Of a stretch of DNA of 39,024 bases, positions 7,883 through 15,809 are shown piece after piece. The stretch's first letter is position 1, and each line of letters starts with the position of its first letter. The stretch comes from Desulfobacterales bacterium (GTDB lineage: Bacteria; Desulfobacterota; Desulfobacteria; Desulfobacterales; UBA11574): NCBI GenBank assembly GCA_032127815.1, contig JAQBHK010000411.1:1-39024 (forward strand), in the 5' to 3' direction. The notes under the pieces were generated by a model. It was not told the DNA's origin, made no database searches, and saw only the letters and a list, made by a program, of their open reading frames with translations. The position numbers and the translations under genes were made by a program.

Positions 7883-10072
7883 TTAAGTCAACTGAAGATC
7901 CAGATTTGTCATTTCTTTTGTTAAATCATAGTCATAGGCCGGATATTCAAAGATTGGGATCCTGGGTTCTGTTTCACTTAAGGAATATCCATAAATTGAT
8001 TCATACTCGCTCACATCTTCGCCCATATTGTCAAGCTGCTGGAGATAATCATGGAGACTTTTAGATTCAATGATGGTGATTTTTCCTATCTTTTCTATCA
8101 TTGGGCTATGCTCCCTTGTGGCATCATGATCAAATTCAAGGATTCTTCTGCCGTCATTGGTAATGCCGATGGTCCTGAAGGTAAGACTCTTGCCGACCCC
8201 CGGAAGATTGAGGACATTCCTGTCAGAGGATAGGAACGGGATGTCAGCATCTGTTCTCAACCGGTCGATGTTATTAACTATATTTTCTGCATTTAAAGAC
8301 AGTTGTCTTAGGTCCGGAAAAAATGTATCTGGCAGAAGTCCGATACTCTTTTCTTCCATGCCTTCCTGAACCAACCGTGCATTGGGTGAAAAAAGATGGC
8401 TATTTTCCATATATCCTTTAACGGTAAATGAATAATAGGGAAGAATCCCGATATCGTTGAGTACTTTTCGGAGTTTAGCCGTATGCCCCCTTCTTGACGC
8501 AGCCGATGTGAAAACCAGCTGGTTGGTTACAATCCACCCGGCTTTATTCAGCTGATCTACACAGAATCTTGTTTCAGGAGTTATCTCCATTGGAGATTCA
8601 AAATGGGTCTGGAAAACAAATTGCTGAATGCCTATTTTTGAAGCTTTTTCTTTGAACTCGGCAAATATGTTTACAAGACCAGCCTGAATTCTCATGGGAA
8701 GATAAACCAGGAGCCTGGTGCCCAGTCTTACCCTTAAGATCTCTGCGTATTTTTCTCCATCTTTTCTTTTCCTATTGGCCCTGCGTTTTCTTTTGGCCAT
8801 ATTATAAATGCTTTGTAAAATTTTTCGAAGGGTTTTATTGGTGCTCATCAGAGAATCACCGCCAGTGATGAGAATGTCCCTTAACTGGGAGTCATTTTCA
8901 AAATAGCTGATAGAGGCTTCCAAGCGTTCGTCAAATGATTTCTTGACTTGTAATTTTTCAAGGTCAAAATTCAAATCACCTTGTTGAAAGCCATACATTC
9001 TCTGGCAGATTGAACACAGTCCGCCACAGGCACGGCCCATGCTTTTTGGAATTAATATGGCGACGTTGGGATATCGTCTGTGGATACAGGTATCTGGAAT
9101 GATCCAGCCTGCAACATTGGGTTTTCCGGGCTCCACAACATCTTCTTTTTCCCAGGCATGAATAGTGCCGAATTCATTGATCAGTTCCTTTGAATAGATC
9201 ATATATTGCCTGATGGCAAGATCCGCACCCAAGGAAACAGGAGAGGCATGGGTGTCAATAAGCGACAGGTAATAGGGGTTGACAAAGAAGGGCATTCCAA
9301 CTTTTTGAGCTTGTTTCAGGTTGTCCATCGTTTCCTTGTCAAGGGAGAACTCAAGCATTTCATTTAGGTTTTCAGGGGTTCTGACTGCAAATTTGAGATG
9401 AAATTGATGATCGTTCCACCATTTTTTGGCAAGGGTCATTTTTTCCTTCTGTGACATCCCTTTTTTAAATCTAAACCGTTTGCTTTTTGTTTTTTTTTCA
9501 TCAATTGTTTTAATGATGATTTTCAGTATCCGAAGTTTATTTTTTTCCCGCTGCCGGATGATATCCGGATCAAGACCTGAAGAATATCTGTCCATCCATG
9601 ATGAAATCTTCAATTTATTTGGTGCAGGATCTATATGCCCTGAAAACTGTCTGAACAGGTGAATCATGTCATAAAAAAAAGCAGGGGTGGCTCCGCCAGT
9701 CCCTTTGCGGGCACATTGCATTAGAATGGCAAAGGGATCATTTTCCACAATTTCGCCCTTGTGATTAAGATCCTTGAATTGCCTGCCGGAATGTTTGATA
9801 TAATCCAGGATACGAATGGCCGCATAATCTTTGGGTCTCAGCTTATCGAGCTGGCTTTTGCCAATTTTTTTTCGGAGATAGTAAGCATTGGCCTGTTTGT
9901 TTTCGGAAAGGATATCTAAGGCCCAGGTCTTCAATCTTTTTTTTGCCTGGCGAATGGTTTTTGAAGTATCGATGATATCGGTAAGATCTTTATTTTCTAT
10001 GAATAATTTTAGCATGAGCCTATATGCTTTTACGTTGGGAGGGATATGTTTTAATTCATTTAAAATTGGCAT
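7883..10072 (-). CDS. KamA-family (lysine 2,3-aminomutase-like) radical-SAM/PLP enzyme, unusually long (729 aa) with an N-terminal extension of about 215 aa and an extended C-terminus
   Basis: WWNDHQFHL, VNPYYLSLID, HRRYPNVAILIP, radical-SAM triad CGGLCSIC (C349-x3-C353-x2-C356), ILITGGDSLMS, PYYSF, and LNLPGVGKS where LAM has its PLP lysine. SD GAGGA lies 6 nt before ATG 10072. Confidence 0.85.
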   Translation of the reverse strand: MPILNELKHIPPNVKAYRLMLKLFIENKDLTDIIDTSKTIRQAKKRLKTWALDILSENKQANAYYLRKKIGKSQLDKLRPKDYAAIRILDYIKHSGRQFKDLNHKGEIVENDPFAILMQCARKGTGGATPAFFYDMIHLFRQFSGHIDPAPNKLKISSWMDRYSSGLDPDIIRQREKNKLRILKIIIKTIDEKKTKSKRFRFKKGMSQKEKMTLAKKWWNDHQFHLKFAVRTPENLNEMLEFSLDKETMDNLKQAQKVGMPFFVNPYYLSLIDTHASPVSLGADLAIRQYMIYSKELINEFGTIHAWEKEDVVEPGKPNVAGWIIPDTCIHRRYPNVAILIPKSMGRACGGLCSICQRMYGFQQGDLNFDLEKLQVKKSFDERLEASISYFENDSQLRDILITGGDSLMSTNKTLRKILQSIYNMAKRKRRANRKRKDGEKYAEILRVRLGTRLLVYLPMRIQAGLVNIFAEFKEKASKIGIQQFVFQTHFESPMEITPETRFCVDQLNKAGWIVTNQLVFTSAASRRGHTAKLRKVLNDIGILPYYSFTVKGYMENSHLFSPNARLVQEGMEEKSIGLLPDTFFPDLRQLSLNAENIVNNIDRLRTDADIPFLSSDRNVLNLPGVGKSLTFRTIGITNDGRRILEFDHDATREHSPMIEKIGKITIIESKSLHDYLQQLDNMGEDVSEYESIYGYSLSETEPRIPIFEYPAYDYDLTKEMTNLDLQLT

Positions 10073-10443
10073 TATAGTTCCTCGTTGTCGCTAAAATTAT
10101 TACCAAAGAAATAAAGAGGGTTGTTATAAAAAGCAAGGACGATATCATAAGTATAAGGATAGGAAATTGCTTTTTTCAAGGAATTTGAAAGTATCAGTCA
10201 GTATGAATCCCTGTATTCAAATTAACCGATAATACCAGGTTTTGAATTGTTTTGGTATCATAAAGTTTTTCTGTCTCTGAGTACTTCATACAAGGGTAAT
10301 CATACTGGAATGTCGGTATATTCAAGGATACCTTTGCGATGTTTACTTGAAGATATGATTCAGGGGTGAGAAACGTTCTCTTCATTGCTTTTTTCATTAT
10401 CCAAAACCCGCTATTTTCAGCCGATTTGGAGCTAAATGCCGTT

Positions 10444-10472
10444 TTGACAATACGATCTTTATTTGGTACTCT
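10444..10472 (+). promoter_or_regulatory. Candidate sigma70-type promoter for the crotonase/ACD operon
   Basis: TTGACA (10444-10449), 17-nt spacer, TACTCT (10467-10472), about 150 nt upstream of the first crotonase gene. Motif match only. Confidence 0.25.
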
Positions 10473-10625
10473 AATTTCGTCTGTCTGAAGCCGGCTGATA
10501 ATTGTTGTCGCATCAGATGCAGCACAATATGTTCTTACTCATTCCCAGCCGTCACACAACTTTAACAACCTCAGTTTTTTTGCTTTAAAAAGGGAATTCC
10601 TATCCTTTTTATGGAGGAAATAAGA

Positions 10626-11396
10626 ATGGATTTTGAGTGCATCATTTATGAAAAAGAGGAAGGGATTGCGACCATCAAACTGAATAGGCCTAAAGTTCTG
10701 AACGCTATGAATAAGCAGTTATGGCTCGACTTTCAAGTAGCACTAGAAGATGTCAAGAATGACCTGGATATAAAAGTTTTAATTATTACCGGGGAGGGGC
10801 GGGCATTTTCTACCGGAGCTGATTTAAAGGAATCAAAAGATAGGGATATAGAGGAATATCGCGAATACCTTTTAGAGCTGCAGGAAACATCGAGAAAAAT
10901 CATCCGGTTTGAAAAGCCAACTATCGCCGCGATTAACGGTTATGCGTTAGGCTCAGGATATGAATTGGCCCTTGCATGTGATATTCGGATCTGTGCGGAG
11001 GAAGCACAGATCGGATCCCCGGAAGCCAAAGTGACATCCTCCGTTACAGGTGGAGCCATGAGATTGATCCAGGACCTGATCGGCCCTGGCAAAAGTAAAG
11101 AACTTCTTTTTACAGCAGAATATATCGATGGAAAAGAGGCCGAGAGGATAGGGCTTGTTAACAAAGCCGTTCCCCAGAACCGACTTATGGACGCAGCCAA
11201 AGGAATGGCAAAGAAGATTGCCGGTAATTCAGCTTTCTCTTTAAAAATGATTAAAAAGGGTCTACATATGGCACAGGGGGAGGCGAGTCTCGAGGCCTTA
11301 ATGGACTTTGAGATTGAGGCATGCTTGGCCTGTGTTTCTACGAAAGAAAGGCAGGAATCTTTAAAGGATTTCGAGGAAAGAAAGAGAAAGCCTTGA
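10626..11396 (+). CDS. Enoyl-CoA hydratase/isomerase (crotonase) family protein
   Basis: MDFECIIYEKEEGIATIKLNRPKVLNAM, GEGRAFSTGADLKE, AAINGYALGSGYELALACDIRI, SPEAK...GGAMRL. ATG 10626 is preferred over 10611 because GGAGG (10613-10617) sits 8 nt upstream. Confidence 0.85.
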   Translation: MDFECIIYEKEEGIATIKLNRPKVLNAMNKQLWLDFQVALEDVKNDLDIKVLIITGEGRAFSTGADLKESKDRDIEEYREYLLELQETSRKIIRFEKPTIAAINGYALGSGYELALACDIRICAEEAQIGSPEAKVTSSVTGGAMRLIQDLIGPGKSKELLFTAEYIDGKEAERIGLVNKAVPQNRLMDAAKGMAKKIAGNSAFSLKMIKKGLHMAQGEASLEALMDFEIEACLACVSTKERQESLKDFEERKRKP

Positions 11397-11482
11397 TCCT
11401 GGTAACTCAATTATTGTTTCTTTTTTAATTTGTTATTTCTGCACAAGCAGATATCCGTATCCAGTATTCAGGAGGGAGTACA

Positions 11483-13618
11483 ATGTCTATTGAAAATATC
11501 TTGAACGCTGAATCTGTTGCCATTGTTGGAGCAACAAAGAGTGAAACCAAGAGAGGCTTCCAGGCCATTAAAACGCTTCTGGATGAAAAATTTGAGGGAA
11601 AAATATATCCGGTTAACCCCAAAGAAAAAAGCATATTAGGCCTTAAGTGTTATAAGAAGGTGTCTGATATCGAGGACCCGGTTGACATCGTATTGATTAC
11701 TACTCCCGCCCAGACTATTCCGGCCATTTTGGAAGATTGCGGTAAAAAGGGTGTTCATGGAGCTGTTATTATTGCTGCCGGATTCGGAGAACTCGGAGAT
11801 GAGGGAAGAAAAAAAGAAGAAGAAATGGTGGAAGTGGCAAGAAAAAACAATATCCGGTTAATAGGTCCAAACACATCCGGCATAATAAACATGAAAAACA
11901 ATCTGAATCTTGTAGGTTTGCATGATGTACCCAAAGGGGATATTGCCCTTCTTACCCAGAGCGGCAACATGGCCCTGACATTGATAACAGAAGCGAGTGT
12001 CAAAAGCCGGAAAGGAATTTCATATTACATAGGCGTGGGAAACGAGGCGGACATCAAATTTCACGAATATCTCGAGTTTTTCCAGCAAGACCCTGATACA
12101 AAGGCCATATTAATGTATGTGGAGGGGATGAGAGATGGTCGCAAATTCCTGCAACAGGCGTATAAGACCACTCTCGAAAAACCGATCATCCTTCTCAAAA
12201 GCGGTCGTTCATCCATTGGCAAAAAATCAGCAGGTTCACATACCGGTGCCCTGGCTGGTATGTCGGAAGTGGCTAAGGGAGCCTTTGAACGAGCAGGAAT
12301 TATTGTGATTGAGAATTCGGATGAGCTTTTTCCTGCAGCGGAGACCCTTTCAAGCCTTCCGCCTATTAAAAACAACAATGTTGCCGTTCTTGCCGACGGA
12401 GGAGGCCATGCCACCATTGCTGCTGACCTTTTAACCGATTTAGGGATAAATATCCCTATGTTGAGCGAGAAGACTCAAACCAAATTGAAAAAGATTCTGC
12501 CCTTTACAGCATCAGTGCCAAATCCGGTTGATGTAGCTGGAGGCACAGATTCTAACCCGGCCATTTTTGCCGAATGTGCTGAAATAATCATGAAAGATAC
12601 TAACATAGGCGGGCTTTTAATCGTGGGTCTTTTTGGCGGCTATGGGATACGTTTTGCTAAAAGTCTCGCATTAGTGGAAGAAGATGCGTCCCATATGATG
12701 GGAAAAATGGTGAAAAAATACAATAAACCAATTATTCTCCACAGCCTTTATAGCGCCAAGAAACCCCATTCCCTTGACCTTTTGCGATATTATAACATTC
12801 CAGTTTACGACTCTCTGGATGTGGCATGCAAATGCATTAGCCTGTTGGCAGAGCATGGAGATTATTTGGGCAGGTATCATGCAAAAGCAAAATATATCAT
12901 GAATTGGGGCGCCAAAACAAAGTCCAAAGGAGAGAAAATAATAAACAGAGCCAAAGAAGAGAACCGCAATTTCTTGCTGGAATATGAAGCCAAGAGTCTT
13001 ATACAATTACACGGTGCATCTGTCTCTCATGATTATCTGGCAAAAACAGCAGATGAAGCCGTTAGCATTGCGAAAAACATTGACGGGGAGGTTGTAATGA
13101 AAATTGTATCCCCGGATATTCTTCATAAGAGCGATGCGGGAGGGGTTAAACTCAAACTAAGGACAGAAGACGAAGTTCGTAAAGCCTTTGACGAGATTGT
13201 CGATAACGCAAAAAGATTCGATGAAAAAGCGGACATAAGAGGAATCCTTGTGTCACCCATGGCCAAAGAGGGTGTGGAAGTGATCATAGGGACAAAAATA
13301 GATGACCAATTTGGTCCGATTATTATGTTCGGATTGGGAGGTGTACTGGTGGAAATTTTACGGGATGTTTCTTTCCGGGTGCTTCCCCTATCGCCAGCAG
13401 CTTCCAAGAGGATGTTAAAAGAGATAAAATCCTTTCCCATTCTGGATGGTGTCAGAGGAAAGCCTCCATGTGATAAGAAAGCTCTTACGGAGTTAATGTT
13501 AATCTGTTCTGAAATTGTCGAAGCATATCCTGATATACAGGAGATGGATTTAAATCCCGTTATTGTCTATGAAAGTGGCCTTAATGTTGTAGATGCTCGA
13601 ATTATTCTGAAAGATTAA
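11483..13618 (+). CDS. ADP-forming acyl-CoA synthetase (acetate--CoA ligase ACD family, fused alpha+beta, 711 aa)
   Basis: CoA-binding start VAIVGATKSETKRGFQAIKTLL...KIYPVNPK; phosphohistidine loop GSHTGALAGM; C-terminal ATP-grasp half (EYEAKSLIQLHG...VVMKIVSPDILHKSDAGGVKL). SD AGGAGGGAG. Confidence 0.85.
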   Translation: MSIENILNAESVAIVGATKSETKRGFQAIKTLLDEKFEGKIYPVNPKEKSILGLKCYKKVSDIEDPVDIVLITTPAQTIPAILEDCGKKGVHGAVIIAAGFGELGDEGRKKEEEMVEVARKNNIRLIGPNTSGIINMKNNLNLVGLHDVPKGDIALLTQSGNMALTLITEASVKSRKGISYYIGVGNEADIKFHEYLEFFQQDPDTKAILMYVEGMRDGRKFLQQAYKTTLEKPIILLKSGRSSIGKKSAGSHTGALAGMSEVAKGAFERAGIIVIENSDELFPAAETLSSLPPIKNNNVAVLADGGGHATIAADLLTDLGINIPMLSEKTQTKLKKILPFTASVPNPVDVAGGTDSNPAIFAECAEIIMKDTNIGGLLIVGLFGGYGIRFAKSLALVEEDASHMMGKMVKKYNKPIILHSLYSAKKPHSLDLLRYYNIPVYDSLDVACKCISLLAEHGDYLGRYHAKAKYIMNWGAKTKSKGEKIINRAKEENRNFLLEYEAKSLIQLHGASVSHDYLAKTADEAVSIAKNIDGEVVMKIVSPDILHKSDAGGVKLKLRTEDEVRKAFDEIVDNAKRFDEKADIRGILVSPMAKEGVEVIIGTKIDDQFGPIIMFGLGGVLVEILRDVSFRVLPLSPAASKRMLKEIKSFPILDGVRGKPPCDKKALTELMLICSEIVEAYPDIQEMDLNPVIVYESGLNVVDARIILKD

Positions 13619-13697
13619 AGTTTCATAGATCTTTGACAAAAAATTGGAATATACCCGAAAACGTAAAATCATGAAAATTTTAAATCGACTTTTCATG

Positions 13698-13719
13698 AAA
13701 ACTTTTTGCAAAAAGTTTT
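13698..13719. repeat. Perfect 22-nt palindrome AAAACTTTTTGCAAAAAGTTTT, preceded by a 9-bp inverted repeat TCATGAAAA/TTTTCATGA (13669-13677 / 13690-13698), in the ACD-crotonase spacer
   Basis: Read directly. The reverse complement of 13698-13719 equals itself. Confidence 0.7.
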
Positions 13720-13754
13720 ACCACGAATAATCCCTGAATAAGGAGTTTTAATCT

Positions 13755-14555
13755 ATGGAATATAAGGAAATACTTTTCGAGGAAAAAGGATCTGTTGCTC
13801 ATTTAACACTAAATCGACCCGACATCCGAAATGCCATAACAGGTGAAACAATCATTAATGAAATCGTGGATGTATGCAATAGGGTTCAGAACAAAAATGA
13901 TATTAGTGCCCTGATTGTCACCGGTGCCGGTTCAGCTTTTTCGGCCGGAGGAAACGTTAAGGACATGCATAATAAGGAAGGCATGTTCTCAGGAAATCCG
14001 GAACAGTTACGCGAGAACTACCGCAAAGGAATCCAGCGTATCCCTTTAGCGCTTTATTATCTGGATGTTCCGACTATAGCAGCAGTCAACGGTCCCGCTA
14101 TAGGGGCTGGTTGTGATTTAGCATGCATGTGCGATATACGTATTGCCAGCGAAAAAGCCCGTTTCGGGGAAACCTTTGTTTCTGTTGGTTTAATCCCCGG
14201 CGATGGCGGAGCATTTTTTCTGCCCCGTATCATAGGATTTTCCAGAGCATGTGAGCTTGCATTTACATGCAGGATAATTGATGCGCAGGAAGCCCAGCGG
14301 ATTGGCCTGGTAAGCGAAGTCACCTCACCAGAAAATCTTATTCAGCGTTGCACGGAAATCGCTTTTGAAATCGCAAAACAACCTCAAAACATCCTCCGTC
14401 TGGCAAAACGTCTATTCTATCTTTCACAAGGAAGGAGTTTGGAGGAAGTGCTTGAACTTTCTGCTGCCTATCAGGCCCTCTGCCATCATACCCCTGAGCA
14501 TGACATGGCTGTAGAGAAACTACTTTCCCAGCAGAAGCAGCAAACAAAAAAATGA
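13755..14555 (+). CDS. Enoyl-CoA hydratase/isomerase (crotonase) family protein, second paralogue
   Basis: VAHLTLNRPDIRNAI, GAGSAFSAGGNVKDM, AAVNGPAIGAGCDLACMCDIRIA (Asp where hydratases usually have the first catalytic Glu), FGETFVSVGLIPGDGG. SD AAGGAG. Confidence 0.85.
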   Translation: MEYKEILFEEKGSVAHLTLNRPDIRNAITGETIINEIVDVCNRVQNKNDISALIVTGAGSAFSAGGNVKDMHNKEGMFSGNPEQLRENYRKGIQRIPLALYYLDVPTIAAVNGPAIGAGCDLACMCDIRIASEKARFGETFVSVGLIPGDGGAFFLPRIIGFSRACELAFTCRIIDAQEAQRIGLVSEVTSPENLIQRCTEIAFEIAKQPQNILRLAKRLFYLSQGRSLEEVLELSAAYQALCHHTPEHDMAVEKLLSQQKQQTKK

Positions 14556-15143
14556 TTAATTGTTAGAGAACTTAATAAGTTAAAAGCAAAACTAAACCAG
14601 CGTTTGGTTTTAAAAAAATTTACAAAGAGGTTGTTAATGTGGAAGTAGAAAATAAAATATTGGTTGTTAAAGAATTGCCTGATGGGTCTCCAGTCAGAAT
14701 ACCTTATTTTATAGAAGGAAGGACATATTCGAAAATTAATCAAGAAATAGATTGTCGTTTCGGAAAATGCGGCTATTTTATATTTTTACGATGACCGCCA
14801 GCCTGTTGATATCTTGCCAAACGTCCAGATATCTAATGATTCCACGCTAATGTGATACTATTAACGTATTTGGATCTCAGTTTGAGCCTTTTTATGAAAT
14901 CCTGCTGTCCCCCCGACCCTGTATATTCATCTAACTTACTGGAAATAAACTTTATAACATTAATACAACTCAAAAAAGATCAAGAATTATTCGGTCTGGC
15001 ATGAATGTTGGATTATACCAATGCAAAACCTGGCCTTTGGTTTCATCCTGTCGCTTAATTTCAACTACTTTTCCAAGCATGCCTGTCACGCCGCAATCAG
15101 ATTTTTTATTTACACATAATTACTTTTTGGCTATTGTGTAGAT

Positions 15144-15809
15144 ATGAAAACTCAATCGATTCCAACTCGTGGCAGAACCTTGGACCATGCTGCCTTTATT
15201 TATGATTTTGTGGAGCCGATCCTGATGCTCGGCAAGCAGAACGAGTATGACCGCCATATTGTTTCATTGCTTGAACTGACTCCGGCCGACAGGGTCCTTG
15301 ATTTAGGCTGCGGTACCGGAGTTTTAACCCGGATGATCGCTGATCAACTGGATGCTGAAGCCGGAGGGGTTTCGCTGGGCATTGACGCCGCGGCCAAGAT
15401 GATTAAGGTTGCCAGAAAAAAACGCGAAAACGAAGCCTGTTGCTTTGAGGTGGCGGCCGCCGAAGATCTGCCCTTTGAAAACGCATCTTTTGATGCGGTT
15501 GTGTCAAGCCTTTTTTTCCACCATGTTCCCCTTGATTTGAAAGAAAAATCTCTCTTGGAAGCCTTCCGAGTTCTGCGTCCTCAAGGCCGGCTGGTTATTG
15601 CTGACATGCACACCCCCACTACTTGGATGGGGGCGCTGGTATCGCATGTTTCGCGCTGGTTTTTTATGCAACCGCAGATCGGAGAAAATATTAGGGGTGT
15701 TCTGCCGGCGCTGATCGAGAAAGCAGGTTTTAATCCACCCAAGAATGTTTGCACCTATTTCGGATATATAGCCATTTTCATCAGTCAGAAGCTTAACCTG
15801 CTAAAATAA
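15144..15809 (+). CDS. Class I SAM-dependent methyltransferase (Methyltransf_11/UbiE-like, 221 aa)
   Basis: Motif I VLDLGCGTGVLTRMIA; LPFENASFDAVVSSLFFHHV; LRPQGRLVIAD. Confidence 0.85.
   Translation: MKTQSIPTRGRTLDHAAFIYDFVEPILMLGKQNEYDRHIVSLLELTPADRVLDLGCGTGVLTRMIADQLDAEAGGVSLGIDAAAKMIKVARKKRENEACCFEVAAAEDLPFENASFDAVVSSLFFHHVPLDLKEKSLLEAFRVLRPQGRLVIADMHTPTTWMGALVSHVSRWFFMQPQIGENIRGVLPALIEKAGFNPPKNVCTYFGYIAIFISQKLNLLK

Noticed and set aside
10194-10397. 67-aa minus-strand ORF upstream of the KamA-like gene, considered as a possible precursor peptide or small partner
   Set aside because: There is no SD before its ATG, no signal or leader-core features, and the DNA is AT-rich, where such ORFs arise by chance. 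It cannot be excluded without conservation data.
10073-10610. 538-nt divergent spacer scanned for a lysine or other amino-acid riboswitch ahead of the KamA-like gene or the crotonase operon
   Set aside because: I could not recognise conserved riboswitch cores by eye. A covariance-model scan (Rfam/Infernal) would be needed, so no claim is made.
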